A stretch of DNA of 64,000 nucleotides from an uncultured Methanosarcinales archaeon (lineage in GTDB: Archaea; Nanobdellota; Nanobdellia; Woesearchaeales; CAYZNE01), in contig CAYWRI010000003.1 in NCBI GenBank assembly GCA_964461035.1, positions 3,213 to 67,212 of the forward strand. The letters are read 5' to 3'. A program made the position numbers and the translations under genes. The notes under the pieces were generated by a model. It was given only the letters and a program-made list of their open reading frames with translations, did no database searches and was not told the origin of the DNA. The stretch's first letter is position 1, and each line of letters opens with the position of its first letter. This document shows, piece by piece, positions 48,613 to 58,073 of the stretch.

Positions 48613-49053
48613 ATGGAATACAAAATAGTAGAACTAACAAAAGAAATTATGGCAAAAGATTTTCAAGGTTTTTGTGAAACACTTAATAATCTTAGATTGG
48701 TGGGAGAAATTACATTAGAAAAAGCAAAAACAACTCTTGACAAAATTAACTTACAAGACTCACACATTTTTGTTGCAATAGATGATAATTTTAAGATATT
48801 AGCAACAACAACAATCATGATAGAACAAAAATTTATTAGAAACAATGCATTAGCAGGTCATATTGAAGATGTTTCTACAAGAAAAGGTTTTGAAAAACAA
48901 GGACTTGCTACAATAGTTATAAATTCCGCAATAAATTATGCTAAATCTCGAGGTTGTTACAAAATAATTCTTGATTGCGAGAATGAATTAAAACTTTTTT
49001 ATTCTAAATTCGGTTTTAAAGAAGAAGGACTTTTTATGGCTCTAAGATTTTGA
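48613..49053 (+). CDS. GNAT acetyltransferase most similar to eukaryote-type glucosamine-6-phosphate N-acetyltransferase (GNA1)
   Basis: 'AGHIEDVSTRKGFEKQGLATIVINSAINYAKSRGCYKIILDCENELKLFYSKFGF' parallels GNA1 'GHIEDIAV ... GQGLG ... GCYKIILDC ... FYEKCGF'. It lies directly downstream of glmS. Confidence 0.6.
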   Translation: MEYKIVELTKEIMAKDFQGFCETLNNLRLVGEITLEKAKTTLDKINLQDSHIFVAIDDNFKILATTTIMIEQKFIRNNALAGHIEDVSTRKGFEKQGLATIVINSAINYAKSRGCYKIILDCENELKLFYSKFGFKEEGLFMALRF

Positions 49054-49113
49054 GTTTATTTTAGAAAAATAAGATGTAAAACCTTATAAACAATTAAATA
49101 TTTCACGAATAAC

Positions 49114-49728
49114 ATGAAAGCAATAACTTTATTTAGTCATGGAATAGATAGTCCTGTAGCTTCAAAAATATGTAATGATAAAGGGATAGATTTAATTGGT
49201 TTACATTTTTGTTCTAAAGCAATAAATAAAACTTACTTAGATAACCTAAAACAATTAGCTCAACTAAGTGGAATAAAAAAATTATATCTTGCAGATCAAT
49301 CACATTATCATAAAGAATATAAAAAAATATGCAATACGAGATTACAATGTGTTTTTTGCAAAAGAATGATGCTTAGAATTGCAGAAAAACTTGCAGAAAA
49401 AGAAAATTGTAAATTTATTGTTACGGGAGATAATTTAAGTCAAGTAGCAACTCAAACAATAGAGAATATGAGAGTTGTTAGTAGCGTAATTAAAAATAAA
49501 GACATAATTATTTTAAGACCAATTCTAACAAATGAAAAAAACGAAACAATAGATATTGCGAGAACAATAGGAACTTATGAATTTAATCTTAAATTTAAAG
49601 AAGGATGTATCTTCTTACCTAAATCTCCTGTTACAAGAACTAAAATATTGGTAATAGAAAAAGAAGAAAACAAACTCGATATAAATAATTTAGTCGAACA
49701 AACTATTAATGAACTTAAATTAATCTAA
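49114..49728 (+). CDS. ThiI-like PP-loop ATP pyrophosphatase domain protein (no THUMP domain)
   Basis: 'LFSHGIDSPVA' (PP-loop SGGxDSPVA with G replaced by H) and 'VTGDNLSQVATQTIENM' (ThiI 'TGESLGQVASQTLENL'). Confidence 0.55.
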   Translation: MKAITLFSHGIDSPVASKICNDKGIDLIGLHFCSKAINKTYLDNLKQLAQLSGIKKLYLADQSHYHKEYKKICNTRLQCVFCKRMMLRIAEKLAEKENCKFIVTGDNLSQVATQTIENMRVVSSVIKNKDIIILRPILTNEKNETIDIARTIGTYEFNLKFKEGCIFLPKSPVTRTKILVIEKEENKLDINNLVEQTINELKLI

Positions 49729-49740
49729 AAATTAAAAAAA

Positions 49741-50016
49741 TTATATTAACTCATCAATAGGAGGTTTTTTATTATTCTTATCTTCAGGAGCTTCTTGATT
49801 TTGTTTAGCATTAATTAAATTCTTTGCATCTGCTTCTAAATCAATACCTTCTTCTTTCAAAGCAGCAACATGCATTTTCATTATCTCTTCAACTATCTGT
49901 AAAATTCTTGATAGCTCTTGTCTTTCTTTAGCAAGAGTTGATAAAGATCCTTTGTGAAATCCTATTTTTTCATCTTTTGACATACTGTCAGTACCATTTG
50001 GGTTATTATCTACCAT
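49741..50016 (-). CDS. Small hypothetical acidic coiled-coil protein. The ATG at 50016 is preferred; the ORF track starts at a GTG at 50028.
   Basis: ORF immediately downstream of the wHTH gene. No motif. Confidence 0.3.
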   Translation of the reverse strand: MVDNNPNGTDSMSKDEKIGFHKGSLSTLAKERQELSRILQIVEEIMKMHVAALKEEGIDLEADAKNLINAKQNQEAPEDKNNKKPPIDELI

Positions 50017-50028
50017 TTTATTTATCAC

Positions 50029-50298
50029 CTATATAATTAATGAATCAATTCTGTGAATACTTTTTGCAATTTCTTCGCCTTTTTTTGTTAAAGTAATTAT
50101 TTTAAGTCTTCCTTTTTTATGAAAAGTAACAATTCCATTTGTTTCCATTGCCTGTAAAATTTTGACTATGTGGCTATAAGTGCAATCAATTTTTTTTGCA
50201 ATTGTAGAAGCATAAACTTCTTCAGGAGTGTTTATTAAAGCCAATAAAAGTTTTGCAGGCTTCTCCCGGAATATTAACGTAAACACTGATCTTTCCAT
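50029..50298 (-). CDS. Small winged-helix DNA-binding protein (ArsR/MarR-like)
   Basis: 89 aa. 'EVYASTIAKKIDCTYSHIVKILQAMETNGIV' is an HTH recognition helix, followed by a wing. Confidence 0.5.
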   Translation of the reverse strand: MERSVFTLIFREKPAKLLLALINTPEEVYASTIAKKIDCTYSHIVKILQAMETNGIVTFHKKGRLKIITLTKKGEEIAKSIHRIDSLII

Positions 50299-50473
50299 GT
50301 TTAGAATAGAAAAATAACTTATTTATAAAGCTTTTGATTGCAATTATGTTTGTCCTAACTTAATATTTTTTATTGTAAAAAACAATCATAACTTAATGAG
50401 TTTCTCACGTTTTAAAGACATTTCGTCACTTAAAAGTGAAAACTTTATAAATGCATTTTGATTCTTCTCTTTT

Positions 50474-50962
50474 ATGAATAAATGGGCTATTTACAATGTA
50501 ATATTAGTAATTGCGGTATTTATACTTGGAATTCTAATTAGTAATCTATTAAATGATAATCTATTATATTCTCCTTTTTCAAATCAAGAAGTTATAGAAC
50601 AAAATTCTCCTAATAATTGGATATCTGAAAATAAAATTCATGTATATGAAGATTATGTGATGCTTGATATAGGCGAATCAAATTTTATAGGATTTGAAGA
50701 TACTGGTTCAATGGACCCAACTTTTGATTCTGAGGCCAATGCATTAGAAATAATACCTAAAAGTGCATCAGATATAACAACAGGAGATATTATTTCATTT
50801 AAAGCAAAAGATGGTAAAACATATGTTCATCGAGTAATACAAACAGGAATTGATTCAGAAGGAAACTATTTTATTACCAAAGGAGATAACAATCCAAATC
50901 CAGATCCATACAAAATCTATTTTTCAGATGTTGTCGGGGTTGTCGTTGCAGTTTTCTATTAG
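50474..50962 (+). CDS. Type I signal peptidase (S26 family, archaeal Sec11-like)
   Basis: N-terminal TM anchor, 'TGSMDPTF' (GSMxP Ser nucleophile box), 'ITKGDNNPNPD' (GDNN box). Confidence 0.75.
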   Translation: MNKWAIYNVILVIAVFILGILISNLLNDNLLYSPFSNQEVIEQNSPNNWISENKIHVYEDYVMLDIGESNFIGFEDTGSMDPTFDSEANALEIIPKSASDITTGDIISFKAKDGKTYVHRVIQTGIDSEGNYFITKGDNNPNPDPYKIYFSDVVGVVVAVFY

Positions 50963-50990
50963 TTATTAGATTCTATTAATTTTTATAAGT

Positions 50991-53033
50991 TTAAACAGAA
51001 CTAATATTATTTTCTTTTTTTATTCGAATAACTGTATCTGCATAACTTTCAAGTTTTGGCTCGTGACTAACAATTATTATTTGAGACATATTTAATCTCT
51101 CTAAAACTTCTCTAACTCTATCCATTTGCTCAGATGAAAATCCATCAGTTGGCTCATCTAATATTAAAAAGTTTTTAGTATTAATTCCAGTCATAAAATT
51201 ATTTATTACTTTATTCAAAGATAATCTATATGCGAGAGCAACACTGGTTTTTTCTCCACCTGAAAGATTTTGTATATTTGCATCATAACCATTCTGTTCA
51301 ATCAGGGGTGTAAATGAATCATCCAAAATTACATTTAAATTATCATCTTCTATAAGAATATTAAACCACTCTTGAAAATATTCATTACATTCTTTTAAAA
51401 TATTAGCAATAGTATACTTTTCCATTGACTCCATTAATTGAATAAAAAAAGAATCAAGCCAATCTCTTAAAATAATTTTTTCTTTAATCCTATTTTGAAT
51501 CTTTATTTTTTCTTTAATCTTTTCTTCGACTTCTTTAAGTTTTTCAGATAAATTATCAATATCTTTTTTAATTTCTGCAAATTTAATTTCTAAACTTTTT
51601 AAAATATTATTTTCAGCTTTAAACTCATTATTCTTTTCTTCAAATATTTTTGAAATTTCCTTGTTTATTTTTTTAGACCAATTCAAAATATTATTATTTT
51701 CTGTTTCAATAAGTGTTAAATAATCTAAGGATTCTTTTTCATAATTTGTAAGTCTGAGCTTTTTTTCTTTAATAGAAGCTAACTTAAGCTTTTTTATTTC
51801 TGCATCACGAATAATCTTAAGATACTTTTCAATATCATTTTCTACTTTTTCAAGCTTTTCAGCAATTAAGGGAATATTAAGATTGATTTTTTCTTGTTTT
51901 TCTTTCCTTGCTTTTATTTTTTCAGATTCTTTAGCAAATATTTGTTGTTTATATTCATTACTCACAGTTTGACCGCATTTAGAACATATTTCTAAAGAAG
52001 TTATATTATCAATTATTTTTTGACTTTCATTGATTCTTGAATCTAAAATACCTTTTTTACTAATCATTTCATTATTTTTATTAATTATTTGAATTTTTGA
52101 TTCTTTTAAATTTTGAATTTGTGTCTTAAGCTCTTCAACATTAGGCAATTCTAAATTGGAAGTTTCACTTAATTCTTTTTTCAACAAACTTGTTATTTTA
52201 TTATTTGATTCAATTCTATTTTTCATAGATTCAAGTTTTGTTTTAGAAATTGCAATTTTTCTTTTTATATCGTTTTGTGTCTCTATATCTTGTTTAATTT
52301 CTAAAATTTCTTTATTTAGTTTTTCAATTATCTCTTTTCTTTCTATTATTTTACTTTCAGAATTATTATACAATTCTTTTAACTCTTCGATTTTAACTTT
52401 AAGTTCTTTTTGTTTCTCTTTTAGAATATTGATATCTTCAACATGTGATTGATCATTGCGAATTTTCGCATTAATTTCTTTTAGGTATAATGAGACATTA
52501 GATCTTATCAGTTTATATTTATCAAGATTGAAGATTTTTCTTATGATTTCAACTCTTGAATCAGGAGAATCAAATAAAATTTTTTTCATATCTTCCTGAG
52601 GAGTATAAACTGTATATCTGTAAATAAGTGCAGGACTTCTTGTTATAAATTCTTTAGGATAACCAAGTATTTCAAGTAATTTAGCTCGTAATTCTTGAGG
52701 TGTTAATTGAATTTCAAGATCATTCATTGTTAAACCGCATTCATCTTGATTAATCCCTCGAGAAGTTTTTTTAATATGTCTTTTTATTTTAATAATCTCA
52801 TTATTTACTTCAATTTCTAATTCAACAAAACCCTTAGTTGTTCCATATCTAAGAAGCGAACTTCCATCCACACTACCCTTTATAAAACCAAACAATGCAA
52901 ATTCTGTAGCGATAAGCAATGAAGTTTTTCCACTTCCAATGTCACCACTTAAAAGAATTATTTTACCATCTAGGTTTATCTCTTGAAATTTATATGTTCG
53001 TATGTTCTTTAGAACAATCCTCTTTATTTGCAT
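50991..53033 (-). CDS. Rad50/SbcC-family SMC-like ATPase with a CxxC zinc-hook (680 aa)
   Basis: Walker A 'LSGDIGSGKTSLLIATEFALFG'. Long heptad coiled coil with a central 'EICSKCGQTV' hook. Signature 'LSGGEKTSVALAYRL', Walker B 'LILDEPT', H-loop 'IVSHE'. Confidence 0.75.
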   Translation of the reverse strand: MQIKRIVLKNIRTYKFQEINLDGKIILLSGDIGSGKTSLLIATEFALFGFIKGSVDGSSLLRYGTTKGFVELEIEVNNEIIKIKRHIKKTSRGINQDECGLTMNDLEIQLTPQELRAKLLEILGYPKEFITRSPALIYRYTVYTPQEDMKKILFDSPDSRVEIIRKIFNLDKYKLIRSNVSLYLKEINAKIRNDQSHVEDINILKEKQKELKVKIEELKELYNNSESKIIERKEIIEKLNKEILEIKQDIETQNDIKRKIAISKTKLESMKNRIESNNKITSLLKKELSETSNLELPNVEELKTQIQNLKESKIQIINKNNEMISKKGILDSRINESQKIIDNITSLEICSKCGQTVSNEYKQQIFAKESEKIKARKEKQEKINLNIPLIAEKLEKVENDIEKYLKIIRDAEIKKLKLASIKEKKLRLTNYEKESLDYLTLIETENNNILNWSKKINKEISKIFEEKNNEFKAENNILKSLEIKFAEIKKDIDNLSEKLKEVEEKIKEKIKIQNRIKEKIILRDWLDSFFIQLMESMEKYTIANILKECNEYFQEWFNILIEDDNLNVILDDSFTPLIEQNGYDANIQNLSGGEKTSVALAYRLSLNKVINNFMTGINTKNFLILDEPTDGFSSEQMDRVREVLERLNMSQIIIVSHEPKLESYADTVIRIKKENNISSV

Positions 53034-53187
53034 TAATCCAAGAAAGACCTTTATTCTTATAAATTTTGCTTTTATGATATATTAATAATAAAACATATTT
53101 AATTTGAACTTTGAGACCTTAATTCAAATCTTTGCAGAGTTCTTTTCTTACCAAAAATTTAAATAGTTCAATAAATTTAAATATTAT

Positions 53188-53634
53188 ATGAAAAAAGTTT
53201 TATGGTATGATTATATGATGACTTATACTTATACTAAAGACTGTATAATTGTCAGAGAAATAAAAGAATTGTTAAATAAAGAATCTGATTTTGAAATAGA
53301 ACTATTTCATTATATTAATCCTTTTCAGGATGAAAAGTCTGAAAAATACATTTCTGATTCAACAACTGATAGAATATATTGTAGAGATACTCCTAAGTAT
53401 CTTAAACGAGCAATAGCAAGACATAATCCTGCAGTTCTCTTAATACATCCGGGTTGGATTTTTCAGAAGCATCTTGGTGAATTACATGAGAAATATCCTG
53501 AAATGCATATTGGTTTACTTGTTAAGGGTGGAGAGTGTCCTGATATGTCTATTTATAATGAACTAGAAGTTCTTCCTGCTGATAATGCTGAAAAACAATT
53601 AGAATATATTCTAAAAGTATTGAAAAATGAGTAA
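53188..53634 (+). CDS. Hypothetical protein
   Basis: 148-aa ORF; no motif recognised. Confidence 0.35.
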   Translation: MKKVLWYDYMMTYTYTKDCIIVREIKELLNKESDFEIELFHYINPFQDEKSEKYISDSTTDRIYCRDTPKYLKRAIARHNPAVLLIHPGWIFQKHLGELHEKYPEMHIGLLVKGGECPDMSIYNELEVLPADNAEKQLEYILKVLKNE

Positions 53635-53923
53635 TTTTGTGATTTAATTCTTTTTTGAATTATTAGAATAATTGAAAATAACTAAAACTTCCTAATTATA
53701 ACTGGTTTATTGGTATTTTTCAGCATTATTTATTATAAACCCTAAGAAGCCCACAACGAGTTGCGAGCTTCCCGGGAAAAAGAGGTGAGTAGAATTTATT
53801 CTATTTGATGGAAATCAGATTGCCTATATAAATCTTTTGTTTTGTTTTTATTTAAAAATAGTAACAGAATGAGATAAACCTGAAATAATCTATAAAAAAT
53901 GAAATTTAAAAAGAACAAAAAAC

Positions 53924-54331
53924 CTATTTTTTCTTTGATTTAGTTGCTTTTAGTTTTTTAGTGATGCCCATTTTGTGATTGCATTTTTCACAATTAAAAA
54001 TTACGGCCTTAGTTCCAAGAAACGATTTTCTCTTAAAGGGCGCTTGAGTTTTACCAGAAAACCCGCATTCAGGGCAAGTATATTCAATATTACATGTTAG
54101 TAAATCTTCATATTCTTCAATAGGTGCACTATAACCACATTCAGGACAAACATATTCTTTCGCTCTAGTTTTGAATCTTCCAGTTTTAGGATTGATTGGC
54201 TTTCCCATTAGTCCTTTTTTACATTTAGGACATAATTCTCTAAAAACCCAGGCTCTCACTTTAAATTTATCGTGTTCTCTAATTGTTATATATACTAATT
54301 CTTTCATTGATTCAGGTTCTTTTAATTCCAT
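53924..54331 (-). CDS. Zinc-ribbon protein (four CxxC pairs)
   Basis: 'CPKCKK', 'CPECGY', 'CPECGF', 'CEKCNH'; a Lys-rich C-terminus. Confidence 0.45.
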   Translation of the reverse strand: MELKEPESMKELVYITIREHDKFKVRAWVFRELCPKCKKGLMGKPINPKTGRFKTRAKEYVCPECGYSAPIEEYEDLLTCNIEYTCPECGFSGKTQAPFKRKSFLGTKAVIFNCEKCNHKMGITKKLKATKSKKK

Positions 54332-54625
54332 TCATAACACCTCAAAAAGTTTCTGCTTTAAGTACAGTTTTTTATTCAAACTCTTCTCTTTTATATAATT
54401 ATTGATTTCTGCATCGGTCAGATGTCCATAATTCTTAGGTATGATACTAAGTTCTGAAGCTAATCTTCGATTTAGCCAGATTTTTTGTGAATCCATTGTT
54501 TTTTTAGGTTTTTTAATACATTCAACTTCCATAAGAATACCTTTGAATCTATGACCTTCAAAAGGTGAATGTTCATGAACATCTGCAACTTCTGCACTTT
54601 TTATTTTACATACAATTGTAGTCAT
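54332..54625 (-). CDS. Hypothetical protein (97 aa)
   Basis: ORF abutting the zinc-ribbon gene (a TGA stop immediately followed by ATG in the same frame). Confidence 0.35.
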   Translation of the reverse strand: MTTIVCKIKSAEVADVHEHSPFEGHRFKGILMEVECIKKPKKTMDSQKIWLNRRLASELSIIPKNYGHLTDAEINNYIKEKSLNKKLYLKQKLFEVL

Positions 54626-54770
54626 GCCTTTCCATTAGCTAATTCCATTTAAATACTTTTTTCTATAATGATATTAATAATAGATCCATTGCCTTCATAA
54701 ATATTTTTTAATCTTTTTTAAACAATTTATTATCGCAGATTTTATAAATTATTAATAATCTCACTAACTT

Positions 54771-55898
54771 ATGAATCAAAAAGATGCTGATTATCAGTTG
54801 AGTATGAAAGAGAGAAGAAAGCTTAAAGAATTTGTTAAAGAGTTATCAAAATACAAAGGAAGACACACAGAGCTTGTTTCAGTTTATGTTCCCGTAGGTT
54901 ATGACCTTGTGAAAATAACTCAACATCTTGAGCAAGAGAAAGATACAGCGAGCAATATAAAAAGTGCTTCTAATAGAAAAAATGTTCAAGAGGCTCTTGA
55001 AAAAATGATTCAATATTTAAAAACAATTGTGGTAAAAACACCCAAACACGGTCTTGCAGTTTTTGCAGGAAATATTGCTGAAAGAGAAGGTCAGTATGAT
55101 TTTAAGGTTTGGGCAATAGAACCTCCTGCACCAATGAATCAAAGATTATATAGATGTGATAAAGAGTTTATTTTAGATCCTTTAGAAGAGCAAGTAGAAG
55201 ACAAAAATGAATATGGCCTTGTAGTTCTTGATAGCAGGGATGCAACTATTGCAATTCTTAGAGGAAAAACAATAATTCCTATAAAAACAACTCATTCAGA
55301 GGTTCCAGGAAAAATGAGAGCTGGAGGACAATCTGCTCCGAGATTTCAAAGATTAAGAGCTGGAGCCCAAAATGATCACTTTAAAAAAATAGCAGATTAT
55401 ATGAAAGATGAATTTCTTCCAAGACAATATCTTCAAGGAATCATAATTGGTGGTCCAGGTACTACTGTAAATACTTTTTTAAATAGACATCACATAACGG
55501 GAGATGTTGAAAAAAAAATAATAGGTGTCAAAGATTTATCTTATACTGGAGATTTTGGTTTAAGAGAATTAGTAGATAAAAGTGATGATATTCTTGCAAA
55601 AGAAGACATAGTGCGTGAAAGGACTCTAATGAAAAAGTTTTTTGTTATGCTTTCAATAGAAGAAGGTAAAACATCTTATGGTAAAGATAAAGTTATGGAA
55701 TTACTAAAACAAGGTGTTGTTGATACAGTAATAGTTTCTGAAGCTTTGGACGATAAATTTCTTGATGAATTTGAAAAAGAAGCAGTTAAAGTAGGTTCAA
55801 ATGTTGAAATAATATCAACAGAAACCGCAGAAGGCGTTCAACTTCGAGATATGGGAAAAGTTGTTGCCATTCTTAGATTTGATTTAAATCATTCTTAG
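54771..55898 (+). CDS. prf1: Peptide chain release factor aRF1 (eRF1 homologue)
   Basis: Stop-codon-recognition 'TASNIKS' motif and catalytic 'RAGGQSAPRFQR' (GGQ); three-domain length. Confidence 0.9.
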   Translation: MNQKDADYQLSMKERRKLKEFVKELSKYKGRHTELVSVYVPVGYDLVKITQHLEQEKDTASNIKSASNRKNVQEALEKMIQYLKTIVVKTPKHGLAVFAGNIAEREGQYDFKVWAIEPPAPMNQRLYRCDKEFILDPLEEQVEDKNEYGLVVLDSRDATIAILRGKTIIPIKTTHSEVPGKMRAGGQSAPRFQRLRAGAQNDHFKKIADYMKDEFLPRQYLQGIIIGGPGTTVNTFLNRHHITGDVEKKIIGVKDLSYTGDFGLRELVDKSDDILAKEDIVRERTLMKKFFVMLSIEEGKTSYGKDKVMELLKQGVVDTVIVSEALDDKFLDEFEKEAVKVGSNVEIISTETAEGVQLRDMGKVVAILRFDLNHS

Positions 55899-55922
55899 TT
55901 ATGTGTTATTTTCATAGAATAT

Positions 55923-56435
55923 CTAATTATGTTGTTGAGGTTTAGGTGTGCAAACACATACTTTCTCATAAGATATATCATTTTTATCTAAGAACCCTAT
56001 TGCAATTTGTTCTAATTGACTTTTATCTGTTTTATCCAGAACTAGAATCATGAGATTATTTTTATCGTTTCCATTAAATTCAGGAATACACACAAAATCA
56101 TCTAAGTTATTACCATAAAATTCTTCCTCAGTCACATTTCTGGCAAGGTGACCTCTATCTACTGCAATTTTATAACTTTCAGTTGTTTTAGAATATAAGT
56201 ATCTGCTAAGTGCATTTATTTTATTTTCAAGAAAGTAATTAATAACTTCTGTGTCGAACAGGGCATCATTATTTACTCCAACAACATGAATAGTTTCTCC
56301 TTTATGCAAGATTATTTTTTCCCTCCATTGTATTCTCTCTAAGTTTTTCACTTGTTTTAAACATAGGTAATCTGAGATTGGATTTATACAATAATTTGGA
56401 AATTTTTTAGTAAGATTAGATATTACATTTTTCAT
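55923..56435 (-). CDS. Small DNA/RNA non-specific endonuclease-like protein (EndoG/Serratia-nuclease His-Me finger 'DRGH' motif)
   Basis: 'KIAVDRGHLARNV ... YGNNLDD' matches the DRGH active-site box plus a downstream Asn of the NUC family. It is shorter than typical members and has no signal peptide. Confidence 0.45.
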   Translation of the reverse strand: MKNVISNLTKKFPNYCINPISDYLCLKQVKNLERIQWREKIILHKGETIHVVGVNNDALFDTEVINYFLENKINALSRYLYSKTTESYKIAVDRGHLARNVTEEEFYGNNLDDFVCIPEFNGNDKNNLMILVLDKTDKSQLEQIAIGFLDKNDISYEKVCVCTPKPQQHN

Positions 56436-56520
56436 TTTTTTTAATCTCTTTTAAAATAAATATTTTTAAATTTCATAAACTATATAAAGTTATCTTGTTT
56501 CATATTAGTTAGGTGATAAT

Positions 56521-57375
56521 ATGAAAATATTTCTTGACAGTGCAAATTTAGATGAAATTAAAGAAGCTTTTTCCTGGGGAATAATTGATGGTATAACAAC
56601 AAATCCTTCTTTAATGAAAAAAGCAATTAACAGCTTGAATTCAAAAGGTTCTAATGTTAATATGTTAAATTATATTGAAGATATTCTTAAAATTGCAGGC
56701 AGTAATCATTCTGTTAGCTTAGAAGTAATAAGTCTTACTGAAAAAGAAATGTATTCTGAAGCAAAAATATTATATGATCAATTTAATAAAATTGTAGACA
56801 ATGTTTCAATTAAAATTCCAATATGCACTGCTAAAGATGTAAGTTCAATTAATTTTGATGCATTGAAAGTTATAAAAAAATTAGCAGATGAAAACATTTC
56901 TGTAAATGCAACTTTGATTTTTAATCCAGAACAGGCTCTCTTAGCCGCAAAAGCAGGAGCAAAATTTGTAAGTCCTTTCTTAGGTAGAATCGATGATTTA
57001 TTACGAATTGAAAAACTAGATCTGAAAAAAGTATCAGCTCCTGTCACGGATAAAGAATTTGCAGGACAGGATTATTATCCTGCAGAAGGAGTATTTATAG
57101 AAAAAGGAATGGCTGAAGATAATGGAATCATAAGTGGTATTGATTTATTAAGTCAACTAATTACAATATTTGACAATTATGAATTTGATTGTCAGATAAT
57201 CGCTGCATCTGTTAGAAACTCAAGACAAGCAAGAGAATCAGCTCTTGAAGGTGCAGATATAGCAACACTTCCTTTTACTGTAATAAAAGACATGCTTTGG
57301 CATAAAAAATCTGCAGAAGGAATAATTGCTTTTGAAAACGATGTTGTTCCAGAATACAAAAAACTGTTTGACTAA
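56521..57375 (+). CDS. Transaldolase / fructose-6-phosphate-aldolase family protein with a roughly 40-aa insertion
   Basis: 'MKIFLDSANLDEIKEA ... GITTNPSL', Schiff-base Lys in 'VSIKIPIC', and 'FVSPFLGRIDD'. Confidence 0.75.
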   Translation: MKIFLDSANLDEIKEAFSWGIIDGITTNPSLMKKAINSLNSKGSNVNMLNYIEDILKIAGSNHSVSLEVISLTEKEMYSEAKILYDQFNKIVDNVSIKIPICTAKDVSSINFDALKVIKKLADENISVNATLIFNPEQALLAAKAGAKFVSPFLGRIDDLLRIEKLDLKKVSAPVTDKEFAGQDYYPAEGVFIEKGMAEDNGIISGIDLLSQLITIFDNYEFDCQIIAASVRNSRQARESALEGADIATLPFTVIKDMLWHKKSAEGIIAFENDVVPEYKKLFD

Positions 57376-57383
57376 TTTTATAT

Positions 57384-58013
57384 TTATTTTTCTATTAAAT
57401 TATTTTTAACAAGAAATATTTTAATCAATTCATACATTTTCTCATATCCTTTAGAGTTTATATGTAATCCATCATCTAATAATTCAGTATAATTTGATTT
57501 AGAAAACTCTTGAAATATGTCAAGAAAAGGTATATTATTTTTTTCACAAATTTCTTTAATTGTGTTATTAAACTCATTTATTCTATTATTTGAGAACACC
57601 GTTTCTTCGTAGTTTTTGCAGATTTCTTCATCAACAGGAGTTAATCCTATAAAAGTAACCTCCTCAGTAAACTTTTTTGCTTTTTTGCATAATTTTATTA
57701 TGTTCTTTCTGAATTGAGCAATTTTTGTATCGTACAATTTATTTGGAAAACTTAATCTAGAATCATTCAGCCCTATCGCAATTATAATTATGTTTCTATC
57801 CTCAGATCTAAGAAATTTAATTCTTGCTTTTGCTTCGCAATCAAATCTTTTTAATAAGGTCTTTGTTGTGTCTCCACAGATACTTAGATTCTGAAGGCAG
57901 TTATAATAATCTTTAACTTCAAAATATTTTCTTAATCTTCCGCACCAACCCCTATTAAGATTGTCTCCTCTTCCAAAACTTATACTATCTCCAAATACAC
58001 ATATTTGATACAT
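57384..58013 (-). CDS. SGNH/GDSL-family hydrolase
   Basis: Block I 'VFGDSISFG', block III 'IGLNDS', and a C-terminal 'DGLHIN' (DxxH). Confidence 0.7.
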   Translation of the reverse strand: MYQICVFGDSISFGRGDNLNRGWCGRLRKYFEVKDYYNCLQNLSICGDTTKTLLKRFDCEAKARIKFLRSEDRNIIIIAIGLNDSRLSFPNKLYDTKIAQFRKNIIKLCKKAKKFTEEVTFIGLTPVDEEICKNYEETVFSNNRINEFNNTIKEICEKNNIPFLDIFQEFSKSNYTELLDDGLHINSKGYEKMYELIKIFLVKNNLIEK

Positions 58014-58073
58014 AATCGTAATTTGTCTTTATTGTAATATAAATCTTTTGTATTATTTTAGATTTATTATCAA

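Noticed and set aside
34120-54625. Possibility of stop-codon reassignment or programmed readthrough, suggested by three same-frame stop/start junctions (HAD 34525 TAA; 50029 TAG; 54332 TGA).
   Set aside because: The three junctions use three different stop codons. aRF1 carries the canonical TASNIKS motif for recognising all three stops. TAA, TGA and TAG all terminate conserved r-protein genes at the expected lengths. The 50028 and 54331 cases are simply adjacent genes that happen to be in the same frame (chance of one in three).
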